Source of the DNA: a virus
Length of the DNA stretch: 64,000 nt
Direction: 5' to 3' (one strand)
Virus record (IMG/VR): IMGVR_UViG_3300045988_121463
Both the position numbers and the translations under genes were made by a program. Positions 50,401-58,578 of this stretch are shown in pieces; the stretch's first letter is position 1, and each line of letters begins with the position of its first letter. A model generated the notes under the pieces. That model was not told the origin of the DNA, did not search any database, and was given only the letters and a program-made list of their open reading frames with translations.

Positions 50401-50860
50401 TTCTTCCTTTACCAAATACACCAAAATCAGCAGCAGATGACTGTTGATTACCAGCTATAACCTCACCATAAGACGTTTGTTTACCAGAATAAGTATTCCT
50501 TGATTTATCTTGAATAGATTTTATCATGGAATTTAACTTATTATAAGATTCCTCTTTCTTCTTTCTTGGGTCATCTCCACCATTCAGAGCCGATTTTAAT
50601 CCAGAAAAAGATGTGTCTACATCAAAAGAAGTATCTATTCCGCTAATATCAGATCCTTTTTCTGAATCATCATCAGGATTTATGGCTGATACTGGGGGAG
50701 TGTATGATCCTACTTTCATCCTCTCCATCTCTCTTTTTGCTCCCTCAATAAGAGAAGATTCTTCTTCATATCGCGTAGGAACTCCGGCATTATACCCTCT
50801 TAATCCAGTAGATGGTAAGAACCCTGATTTCTCCACCAATGTCTGTTCCTTATTTTCCAT
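44453..50860 (-). CDS. giant virion/tail-associated protein (2135 aa) with Gly/Ala-rich hydrophobic N-terminal segment
   Basis: 6.4-kb ORF. Residues about 190-360 form glycine-zipper-like hydrophobic stretches (GMGVSSLGAVGAKVGMKVAGKMAASKIAASAV). Confidence 0.6.
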   Translation of the reverse strand: MENKEQTLVEKSGFLPSTGLRGYNAGVPTRYEEESSLIEGAKREMERMKVGSYTPPVSAINPDDDSEKGSDISGIDTSFDVDTSFSGLKSALNGGDDPRKKKEESYNKLNSMIKSIQDKSRNTYSGKQTSYGEVIAGNQQSSAADFGVFGKGRTIKLDEAYDFLSDGNIGLAKFKSYMPGRDNEDYYGRRQTTWNKAVNGIGKLVTKTALYGVSGVVGIIPAAYNLIKTGTLSSAFDNDFTRTINDIDERINHSLPHYYTREERDMGFLQSLGTANFIFNDVIGNGLSFTTGAILSAYLTGGMGVSSLGAVGAKVGMKVAGKMAASKIAASAVKSAFGAYRAGAMYGRAIGNMAKVGVNTFVGAGWESAVEAQSFMKDSESKYKEYFKNMYGRNPNQSEMAEFKSSISDTANSIFLANMGIVGLSNYLLLGKYLGVDTGFASKYIPGLKGVSDTYGGSKSFIDRYLFGLGTKKVAGDAGRLQTLKANLFQKSLATVWNVSKRPISEGVWEEGMQGVAQRMGEDFIRSRYDKTYLDATSSIVDSFSKAIAEQFTTKEGLKEIGIGSLIGGLFGARNGAFGLYERRNKERTINTDVEKFNSNNAFTSQSVKDSMRNLAEFNAQMNDPESDYYSKFELSDRMGMLEDTANNFRSMVKSLDESELASEMKVDEETVKKYKEDIIKDFDKKLANYKKASSFAEAITAETSSDLYRSNVANAVFKGLDAEDIAMEASNDIADYVNDNNLFDDINTFYSLSSQAFDTANQLRELRNEINDLNAEIERLATTPRRVEDGNDTEAEAIKQKTIKYDNLNKEYRRLSEELLSSYKEVFYSFDPGVLALELFKSETITAEDILKAYDSVASLSTYIENNKGKKEAEDLRNMVVKYQQAITQYKVLRSFMNSIQDKKFMRHDFSLFSKFLNDMVSSNTESIESDRFYQTEGNNVSLDEKIDELLNNGEINLDEAFTMKVFGHLNDGITQKPKEDILSDFDYELAMKDLLSAPIEVRERIVDKIYTGNQDLLSPREKEIYEKYKQDIDDYISYLGDSPAKMIKDLSDKVKRLTEPRSVYEDNKIIIDMAKSNLEPDQRQELDDAISSYVDIMNRRDKGEKVDEDKLADSVFTIEDLGQVGNITDLLPYVEQNRIIDKGRISESTLSNFGEDDANIDSLVNELDESDNTPGANIDSAQNPETLMVRRISNDGNERYEIAGLRADKFISSIKSLVPIQISSETNANGTKRYFLNIGGETATVIELPYHARWSIDKESARVLNRYTDVSIQDVGNSYSLVYKRLDSDELVPYRTGVGFGDNEVDKIDQEALSSLKKGDKVNLEIDVNDTYNQSLFAEYNDAVQSGDKKRIESAENKLVSNMVIKVMSGNRFVSVVKADTGGIDGISKIRRTAFNKWKKDAGRSATIGVGTHVVAQTLPGRPVFNMKVNGQGYGQVENLPITEKGAEKVSDVGYVLNGKVVLKNGSKYTGFPFAYSILNDKGNNYKNVRVPVVVIKGKNGLNYLFPVSLRSVESEEGRKWMSFIDMLLESGDSELLQMGQDDIQDLNAYLTKLGLDPASYQVSYLNPISGLRKAREAIEKLSTVPDVVKWVEDESRNVKDIVTSEVESGIDFEGEMFVAPKIRIQFGKSSSRPKSLIEDDLPFSDEGKTVTSKEYVDVYEEEMPEEGAARETQTAPLAQPAPAAQDAQSLPGKKRTSRKNFSLMLNEIESHIEKEGLPPYANIFDFIARKIVGGDLRFLRERGNPKSLKEEMGLEPKGTVGDKISTPSSKGGKTLEEYISWLRSQTDQVVVDYVGPRSDEQIISELKNFLKYINFVPSKALNYSLRVNGMDTLKEYGTKEEVEKMESDINSLVSKVLPTVDNKTVEDVSTAIKSNNLPAIWRPVESLDMTNEEKIEFLNNVADFLSGIPEYDAVVESIESESDNILNDGKEGSAEGGAVRTEEDGDKKGDGEGKGQSRTNVEVEGNVELPGSTKGEIEKDEPRISEEPLTHISRVTTPYFLYGGDEAYTSVPAKVEQIPEKIMGRNGIKFGMSVVELTKLGYKKAGGNWIYKFYMNSGVYDLYNISTGEAFRAKPDLGVKISSSAFIRSLSQSGRKIQNMMSNMSQEEIDRNKNLVEGSDNSDSINELNKEC

Positions 50861-50863
50861 ATA

Positions 50864-53800
50864 TTATTCCCTATTTACACTATTCAACAACTTCATCAAC
50901 TTGCCGTTTTTATTCAAAGACGTAGGTAAATCACCCCTTTCTTTTGCCGCCACCATATCCTTAATCTCTTCTGTTATGGCTGCCACAACAAAATCAACTA
51001 TTTTTTTCTGAGGCGCAACAGCAAGTTCTTTAGACACATTATCCGCAAACCATACATTAGGAGTATCAAACGAATCTATTAACTCAGGTTTACCATTCTC
51101 CATAAGATAAAGCCTTGTCTCATATCCATAACCGTAACTTGTCTTAGGATCATAACCTTCAACCTTTACACCAAGCTTTCCACTGTTATCCAATATATCT
51201 TTAGCTGCATTAAGAAGCCAAACCTTTTGTTCTGGCATATCATCTAAATTATTACCAGATTCATTTATCATATCTGATAACACTTTCATCATTGAAGATA
51301 CAGAAGCATAAGCGGGTGATATATCTGAATTTTCAAGCATCTTCGGATACCACATATTGGTATCACTTCCAAATGTAGGTCTTATAATACCACTTTCATA
51401 TCCACCTATATCGACGGAAGGAGTATTAATACCAGGATCTATGCCATTATTTATCAACTCTGTTTCAGATACCTCAACAATATCTATTTCCTCTCTTTCA
51501 CCAGTATGATTAGCAACCAAACTGTAAGTCTTCTCTCCATTGTCGGCTATTCCCGATTCTGTCAAAGAAAATGATTCAATAGTTGCCGATGATGATTTAG
51601 ATTTACCAACAGGATGCTCTGCCATTTTTTTAGTAAATAGATCCCTGAGAACACCCATCTCTCTATAACCAGCCTCCTTGGAGGTTAATTTGGTTGAATA
51701 CGTTACTGTGTTAGGTGAATACAGTTCGAGATATTCTTTACGTATCTCATTTATACCATCATCTTGAACCTTAGTTATTTGATTGGCTATATTAATATCG
51801 CTTACTACATCACCTCCAACGCTCTCCATTCCGCTAATAGAATACAGTGTATTAAAAAACACCTTTTCTTCACCATCCGAGAAACTATTTTTTACATCAT
51901 CGTATTTTTTTAAGAAATACCTGCCACTTTTGCTATCCCTCTCAAATACTTTAGATAAATCAATGCCATCATTTTTCACCCTCTTTCTTATAGTAGCTAT
52001 ATCAGCAGGCGAGAATCCTTTTTCATAATATCTTACTCCAGATTCTACATCGCCGACTGTACCTCTATTTTTTCTTAAAATATCATTAAGGGATAACGCT
52101 GTAGCATAGGCTATATATTCTTCGGGTTTACCTCCTTCCTTCTGCGCGATCGCATTTGCTATTTCAGATACAATATTATCATAAATCTTATTCTCCTTCT
52201 TAATTCTATCATTCTCTATATCCATCTTGTCTACAGCGCTATTAAGCTGCATATAAGCATCTGTGGCAGCTTTTCTCTCTGCCACAGGTAGCTTGTCAAA
52301 CATATCATTAGAGAGACCTCCATTGTCCTTTATATACTTAAGAAGTTTTTCTTCATCCATAAGATACTTGTATCCTGATGTTTCATCCGTCATATTTCTT
52401 GATATGGCAGCTTGAATATTTTTCATGTTTTCAGCACCAAGGGCTGTAGATAGTCTACTTCCGGATGTTACAAGATCTGTATATGCCTTATTAAACTTCT
52501 TATGAGTTTCTTCTGATATGCTAATATTTTTAGTTTCGATAGGATTAGCTGAAATAGTTCCACCAGAGTTTGTGCCAACGCCCACCTGCATGGCTCGGCT
52601 TCCAGCTCTGCCGCCTGCCGCTCCTGCACCAGAGGACATAAGTTTTGCTATTCTGGCTTCATTAAGCCTATTCTGCATCTTCAGACGTTCTTCGTCTAAT
52701 CCAAATCTGGCTTCATCCTTATTCTTACCATATTCAAACTCTGCAATATCCCTATTTCTTTCATATTCAAATTCTATCTTCCATTTTTCGAAATTCAAAT
52801 TAGCTAATCTTTCCCTCTGATTATATTCTTTGGTTTTCCAGTAAAGCTCGTCGGCTTTGATTATGAAAGACGAATTATCATAAGCATATGAAGCAGCAGC
52901 ATTATTAATAAAATTATTTTCAATAACCTTCATCGCTCCAAGATACGGATCGTAAGCCCTTTCATCCATTCTGCTAAATTCAGATTTCATGGAAGCTATT
53001 TCAGATTTGGCTCTCTTTATTTCATTTTCAACCATTTCTTTCTTTGCAGGATCAGAACCCAAACCGGAAAGATCGGCAGTAAGAGCATCAACATACCTCT
53101 GCTTATCACTTATCTGCTTATTCATAAAACCAAGAACAGAATCATACGAATATAAAGAGGGATTAGAGTCTACCATGTAAATAGCCTCCACCTGCATCTG
53201 CTGCCTTGCTTTATCTGATAACCCTGACAATGCAAAAGAAGCTATCTGTTCAGGAGTAAGCATATCCTTAGTTACTTCTTGTACTGCCCCGGTAGGATGA
53301 CCATCCTTGTCAAGAATAGGAATCTGAACTTTAGCTCCTTTATGAAGCTTGCTTATAAAATCTATCCTATCTTTTAATTCCTTATTATAATCAGTATAAG
53401 GAGTATATTGAAGAGGAGCAAGACGGGAACCAGCCTTTCCATCATTCACCCATTCATTATACGGCTTTGAAGCCGCATAAGCATTCGCAGCAGAATAAAG
53501 TTCTGGATTATTTATTTGTAAATCAGATAGCATTTTATGCATTCTCCTGCCTTCTTTTGTGCCGGCAATCGCGTTAATGACCGTATCATCCAACACCGAA
53601 CTGATCTCTCCTTGTATGGCTCTCGTAACACCATCAGAAGAAAGATCCACGCCTTTGAATTTTTGATTGATGTTAGCAATCACACCTGACATCTTATCTT
53701 CCATATAAGCGCGGGCTTCAGGCTTATCTATCTCTTGACCCATAAGATAATCTACCTGGGTATAGATCTTTTCACGAGCAGCATCAACCTTCTGCTGTTT

Positions 53801-53887
53801 GTACATCATGACGTCCTTAACAAGATCTATGTTGTAAGGACTAACATACGGGGCATATTGCCTTAAAATACTATATTGTGAAGCCAT
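50864..53887 (-). CDS. large virion-associated protein (1007 aa)
   Basis: Long ORF separated by 3 nt from the upstream 2135-aa gene and overlapping the next gene by 1 nt (ATGA). Confidence 0.55.
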   Translation of the reverse strand: MASQYSILRQYAPYVSPYNIDLVKDVMMYKQQKVDAAREKIYTQVDYLMGQEIDKPEARAYMEDKMSGVIANINQKFKGVDLSSDGVTRAIQGEISSVLDDTVINAIAGTKEGRRMHKMLSDLQINNPELYSAANAYAASKPYNEWVNDGKAGSRLAPLQYTPYTDYNKELKDRIDFISKLHKGAKVQIPILDKDGHPTGAVQEVTKDMLTPEQIASFALSGLSDKARQQMQVEAIYMVDSNPSLYSYDSVLGFMNKQISDKQRYVDALTADLSGLGSDPAKKEMVENEIKRAKSEIASMKSEFSRMDERAYDPYLGAMKVIENNFINNAAASYAYDNSSFIIKADELYWKTKEYNQRERLANLNFEKWKIEFEYERNRDIAEFEYGKNKDEARFGLDEERLKMQNRLNEARIAKLMSSGAGAAGGRAGSRAMQVGVGTNSGGTISANPIETKNISISEETHKKFNKAYTDLVTSGSRLSTALGAENMKNIQAAISRNMTDETSGYKYLMDEEKLLKYIKDNGGLSNDMFDKLPVAERKAATDAYMQLNSAVDKMDIENDRIKKENKIYDNIVSEIANAIAQKEGGKPEEYIAYATALSLNDILRKNRGTVGDVESGVRYYEKGFSPADIATIRKRVKNDGIDLSKVFERDSKSGRYFLKKYDDVKNSFSDGEEKVFFNTLYSISGMESVGGDVVSDINIANQITKVQDDGINEIRKEYLELYSPNTVTYSTKLTSKEAGYREMGVLRDLFTKKMAEHPVGKSKSSSATIESFSLTESGIADNGEKTYSLVANHTGEREEIDIVEVSETELINNGIDPGINTPSVDIGGYESGIIRPTFGSDTNMWYPKMLENSDISPAYASVSSMMKVLSDMINESGNNLDDMPEQKVWLLNAAKDILDNSGKLGVKVEGYDPKTSYGYGYETRLYLMENGKPELIDSFDTPNVWFADNVSKELAVAPQKKIVDFVVAAITEEIKDMVAAKERGDLPTSLNKNGKLMKLLNSVNRE

Positions 53888-56754
53888 CAGCTATTTCTCC
53901 TTCTCTTTTTATATTTATCTTCTTCATCATCCTCCAAGCTCTTCAAATAAGGTGTAGAATAATCACCCATATTCATCACATCCTGATTGCCTTGAACGTA
54001 AATAATTTGACCACTTGGAAGCATTCTCATATTCGGGGCTATGGAAGCTATGGTATTCAACGATGTACGAACATTAAACTTATTCTGTATCTCGCTGTTT
54101 ATACTATCATAATAACGAGCAAGATTTTCATCCCTTATAGCCATAGCTTTCAACAACCCAGATTCATAACGTTGCCTTTCTGCTATGTTCTTATCATCTG
54201 TCTGAACATAAGCCATTTCATTAAACCTATCAGCTTCGTTTATTTGCCTTGCGTTATTGAAATTTACTTCATTAACATACTTGGCTATATTGCTTCCAGC
54301 TATGGCGTTCATATTAGCCAGAATAGCAGCCCGCTGGGAGTCGGGCACGTCACCTGCTGCGTCTAACTGAGCCGATGTCGCACGGTTGAGCTCGTTGATA
54401 TACTGATCAGCAGATTGAAGAACCGGGTCTATTCTCGGAGCCTGATGTCTTTCCAGGCCTTCTATCTCCAAGCCAGTGTCAAGGGTTCTTAGCATTTCCG
54501 GGAAGATAGGACCGAACGCCGCCGGTCTGCCCTGTCCTTTAGGTCCGTTGTCTTCAACCACCTCCTCTGTATCGGTGTCGGTTGCAGTCGCAGGCGTACT
54601 TGCTTTCGGTTTTACCTCTATCCTTCCAGGAGATCCAATCTTAGGCGGTGTAAGGTCTGGTGCTATGGGACCGGCCTCAATAGGCTTCATTTCTGGTTTA
54701 ACAGACTCAAGAACGAAGTCTATTTCCGGCATTAACCCACTATCTCTTAAAGCAACAAACTTATTATAATCGGAGCCCAGAATCTTCTTAGCGGCATCAG
54801 ATTTATCACCAAATAAGTCAACATAATTCTTTATCCCTTTTTCGTTTAACAATCTTTTTTGCTCTGCCGAAACAACGTCCAATCCATAATAAGAACGGGT
54901 GGCTGTTGTCTGACCAAACTTATCATCTACGGCAAATGAATTATAAGCCTGATTACCTCCGTAGCTTCCGGCATCCTGGCCCCAGAATCCGTACTCATCT
55001 CTGAATTTCTTGGCTGCATCAGCATTCGTGATAGCACCTACATCAGCTAACGCCCACAATGCATTTAATTGCCTGTTGTATCCTTTCTGGAAACCTTCTG
55101 TATCAAAATCACCATCCGTATTGTACTTGTTAGCCCATCGGTTTATGTCGAGCAAATTAGATACCGCCTTATCATTTACCCTGCCGTATCCTAAATTGCT
55201 TCTATGTTGGAGATTCTGGTTGGCATTGACACTGGAATCAGGATTAAGAATCTGCTCACGACCACTAACATCAGATACAGTCATATTAAGAGTTCGTCCA
55301 AATAACTGATTGATAAGCTTATTGTAGCCGATAGCATTCTTTCTAAGTTCCTCCAGCTCCTTCTGAGTAGGTCCACCTTCAGCCATTTTCCTGGTTTGCT
55401 TAACATACTCGTCATATATCCAGTTCTTAGCATCTGATTCTGCAATATTAAAAGCCTTAGCTTGTTTCTTTACCTGATTCAGATCAACAACCCCGCCATC
55501 CCTGAAAAAAGCATCCATCTTCTCGTTACGCTTAGATTCTTCCTGTTTGCCATAAACGATTTCAGCGAAAGAACGAAATTGTGCTTCAAGCTCGTCTATC
55601 TCTTTCTGGTTTTCATTGACGTACTTGGAAAGAATAGAAGCATTAAGATTAGATGTGTTTTTGTCTTTTACATCTTCATTTTTCTCTAATCTCTTATATA
55701 CACGCTCCTGATCTTCGTACTTATCAGACAAACCAATCTTCTTCTTATATCGATCAAGGAGTGTAGCATACGTATCTTTTGACGTTGCCTTAATACCATA
55801 ATTTTCTCTAACGTAAGAGGCAAACTCATCATCTATCTTACGATAATCGGAAACAATATAAGCCTCTGGCAAATCAACCGGAGTGCCACCATTTTCATGT
55901 CTGTTCCCTTTGGCTTCCATAGGCCCTACGGAGTCAGGAGTCAGCACGTACTCGCCTTTCTCTATCTCTACATTCGCAGCATCTTCCATAGACTTGGGAA
56001 GAGGATAAATATATTCGCCGGTCATATCAGACGTATCCATCTTCTGACCGTTACCTAAATTCACGCCACCACCTTCACGTTCCCACTTGATGAATTGCTG
56101 ACGACGCTCCTTGGCAAGTTTTTCCCTCGCTGCCTGCTCGTCTCTGCTGGCTGCATACGCAGCAGATGAAGCTCCCATGATATTACGGGTAAGACCTAAT
56201 CCTAAACTAACACCAGACAAGGCAGCTTGAGCCACATTAGCACCGACCTTATTACCGGCTCTTATCCGGCCAAGACTTGTACCGAACATTTGAGCTCTGC
56301 CGGTTAGATCGGGTGAATAATATGGGGTAGTCATAGGATCAAGAGGATTACCATCTTGGGAACGTTTTTCTTTAGAGGAATCAGCATCAACACCACCTAC
56401 ATTCATTGCATTATCAACGACTGATTTCTCTACGTTTTTAACCATACCCCTATTATCAGCGAGATATCCTGCATATCCTGCATATCCTGCATCATTGTTT
56501 TCAAAAAACGGATCGGATGTAGGCATACTACTAAATGGATTTATCTCCCCCTCCTCTGTTTCTAAAATCACATCAGAAGGCATATATATATTCTGAATAT
56601 CAGATTCACCCCATTTATTAACAGGCGTTCCATAATCAAGAATAGGCTGAGTAGAGGATACATTAATATCCTGTTTCTTATCCTGAACACTACCGCCAGG
56701 AGCGAATATCGGACGATTTTTTATGATTCGTAATTTCATACTATCTTTTTTCAC
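53887..56754 (-). CDS. large virion-associated protein (955 aa)
   Basis: Long ORF with a repeated AGYAGYAGY segment. Confidence 0.55.
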   Translation of the reverse strand: MKKDSMKLRIIKNRPIFAPGGSVQDKKQDINVSSTQPILDYGTPVNKWGESDIQNIYMPSDVILETEEGEINPFSSMPTSDPFFENNDAGYAGYAGYLADNRGMVKNVEKSVVDNAMNVGGVDADSSKEKRSQDGNPLDPMTTPYYSPDLTGRAQMFGTSLGRIRAGNKVGANVAQAALSGVSLGLGLTRNIMGASSAAYAASRDEQAAREKLAKERRQQFIKWEREGGGVNLGNGQKMDTSDMTGEYIYPLPKSMEDAANVEIEKGEYVLTPDSVGPMEAKGNRHENGGTPVDLPEAYIVSDYRKIDDEFASYVRENYGIKATSKDTYATLLDRYKKKIGLSDKYEDQERVYKRLEKNEDVKDKNTSNLNASILSKYVNENQKEIDELEAQFRSFAEIVYGKQEESKRNEKMDAFFRDGGVVDLNQVKKQAKAFNIAESDAKNWIYDEYVKQTRKMAEGGPTQKELEELRKNAIGYNKLINQLFGRTLNMTVSDVSGREQILNPDSSVNANQNLQHRSNLGYGRVNDKAVSNLLDINRWANKYNTDGDFDTEGFQKGYNRQLNALWALADVGAITNADAAKKFRDEYGFWGQDAGSYGGNQAYNSFAVDDKFGQTTATRSYYGLDVVSAEQKRLLNEKGIKNYVDLFGDKSDAAKKILGSDYNKFVALRDSGLMPEIDFVLESVKPEMKPIEAGPIAPDLTPPKIGSPGRIEVKPKASTPATATDTDTEEVVEDNGPKGQGRPAAFGPIFPEMLRTLDTGLEIEGLERHQAPRIDPVLQSADQYINELNRATSAQLDAAGDVPDSQRAAILANMNAIAGSNIAKYVNEVNFNNARQINEADRFNEMAYVQTDDKNIAERQRYESGLLKAMAIRDENLARYYDSINSEIQNKFNVRTSLNTIASIAPNMRMLPSGQIIYVQGNQDVMNMGDYSTPYLKSLEDDEEDKYKKRRRNS

Positions 56755-56807
56755 AAAGATAAGAGAAACGAACGAGAAAATCCAACGTTATGGGATACGT
56801 TTAAAAA

Positions 56808-57827
56808 TCAATCATGTACGGCAGACAAACCGCCCGAATCAGGGTCGTACTTAAGACCGCATGCCCGGCGATAGTTCTTAAGCGCTCTCTTGTACAAAAA
56901 CAGCACTGTCTTGGAAACTATTTTCTTCATAGATTTGGTTAAAACCTCTTCTGTTGAAACAGACATCAGACAGCTATTCAAAAACGACCTGACATTGGAA
57001 CCGAACAAGATCTTCACCATTTTTCTAAACGTTCTAAAAAGATATGATGCAGAAAGAGACTTTAACCCATTGCGAACCAGTCTCTTATTCAAATACGAAA
57101 CAGCCTTTTCAGATAGACAGAGCCTATTCTTTCCTTCGCTATCTACCTCTGATGAAAACCACGAATATAAAGTGGTAGGATGTTTCTTAAGGTGATTGAT
57201 GAAGGAAGTCATTATCCCTTCTTTTAAAGCCCTTTTGTGGGCTACGCATGCAGCAATCTTCTCTTCTCTTTTTAAAGAGCTGTCAAGGCATCTAAACACC
57301 GTCCTATCGTCTCCGATGAAATACTGAGGACGTTCTTCCTTGAACTTAGCCCGATAAGCGGCATATCCTTCCTTACGAAGCATATCTATCTGAGACCGGA
57401 TATAGAACCTTACACACTTTTCTTCAGCCTCTTGCACGCTTTTAAGATAAGGAACTGACTTTCTCCCATATCGAAGATAATCATAAACCATAGCCTCAAT
57501 AAAGTCATTGTACGGAAAGAATCTTCCAAATCCAAAGTTCCAAACTATGAAACATCGCACTCTATCTTTCCAGTAATCAGATATGAGAAAATTACTACAA
57601 TATCTCAACTTCCTGTTTTTCTGATAGAAATGATGAGTATGTTTGTCATAAAATAGATTAAAATATCTCAAATTGCCTAAACACTGACCGGCTGGACGGC
57701 GTACTACATTGTACCCTAAGTTGCTGAAGCTATTGTATATAACTTCTATCGGAGAGACCTGCTCTTTCTTGAAGAGCTTGTCGTGTAACTTGTGAGGATT
57801 CATTATTTCAGTTATTTTTGTCTCCAT
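56808..57827 (-). CDS. candidate HUH-type endonuclease (Rep-like) protein
   Basis: Has an H-u-H-like KHTHHFY about 95 aa upstream of YAAYRAKFK (Y-x-x-Y-x-x-K). At 339 aa it is in the size range of microvirus and plasmid rolling-circle initiators. No motif-1 equivalent identified. Confidence 0.3.
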   Translation of the reverse strand: METKITEIMNPHKLHDKLFKKEQVSPIEVIYNSFSNLGYNVVRRPAGQCLGNLRYFNLFYDKHTHHFYQKNRKLRYCSNFLISDYWKDRVRCFIVWNFGFGRFFPYNDFIEAMVYDYLRYGRKSVPYLKSVQEAEEKCVRFYIRSQIDMLRKEGYAAYRAKFKEERPQYFIGDDRTVFRCLDSSLKREEKIAACVAHKRALKEGIMTSFINHLKKHPTTLYSWFSSEVDSEGKNRLCLSEKAVSYLNKRLVRNGLKSLSASYLFRTFRKMVKILFGSNVRSFLNSCLMSVSTEEVLTKSMKKIVSKTVLFLYKRALKNYRRACGLKYDPDSGGLSAVHD

Positions 57828-57883
57828 ATTGTTTTTGTTTTTTAGTGCAAATATATGATTTTATATAAAAAGAAGAAAATGCA

Positions 57884-57935
57884 CTGCCTTGTATCCGGTT
57901 TGAGAGAAATAGGATACAAGGTTTTTTATTTTATG
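57884..57935 (+). terminator. strong hairpin plus T-run, oriented on the + strand inside a minus-strand block
   Basis: CCTTGTATCC / GGATACAAGG, a perfect 10-bp stem with a 15-nt loop, then TTTTTTATTTT. Confidence 0.4.
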
Positions 57936-58146
57936 ACGGTTTGGATAAGAGACAGGAAAACGACTCTGAACGTAACCGACTGACCGTCAGTGGTGGGACA
58001 ACAAATCTTGAATTAAAACTACGCCTATGAATAGTCTCCGTTTTCCTTAATATTAAGACCATTTTCAATGATCTTACTCATTATATTATTTATATTATTT
58101 TATATACTTTACCATTTATTCATATAATTGTTTATAGTGAATGAAC

Positions 58147-58335
58147 TTAACGACCGAAGGGAGTTAAGTGAGTGAACGGATTGACAAATTACTTTTTCCG
58201 TCATTGTATTGTTCGCCTAATTGTGTTAAAAGATTGAGTATCGTGACCAAAGGGAACGATGCGAAAGAACTTATAATATTTAAAAACGACTGAACCTATC
58301 GACTGAAGGGAGATAGGTGATGGAGTGACGTTAAT
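58147..58335. repeat. imperfect direct repeats in a GC-rich non-coding island
   Basis: CGACCGAAGGGAGTTAAGTGAGTGAACG (58151-58178) versus CGACTGAAGGGAGATAGGTGATGGAGTGACG (58300-58330). A related ACGACTGAAC / CGACTGACCGTCAG occurs at 57959-57993. Confidence 0.5.
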
Positions 58336-58578
58336 AGTTATATTAGGTAGCCAGTGGAGAATTAGGCAGGCTGGTAGGCGAGACGAGCGCCCATGCCCGT
58401 CAGGACAGTGGAAGTACGTAGGTCTGTTCTGTTAAACCAAGGTGATGATAGTTCCATCCTTCACGAAATCGCACAAAAAAGCCGGATTATCTTGATATCG
58501 TTCTTCAACCTCCGGTATCCGCATAACGAGTCTCAAATCCGGCTTCGCTTTATTAATATGAGAAATAAAATAATTGTT

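Noticed and set aside
27313-50860. Calling the giant proteins virion RNA polymerase subunits
   Set aside because: I looked for DxDGD or DFDxD-type catalytic loops in both over-2100-aa proteins and did not see them; the assignment would be guesswork from size and synteny alone.
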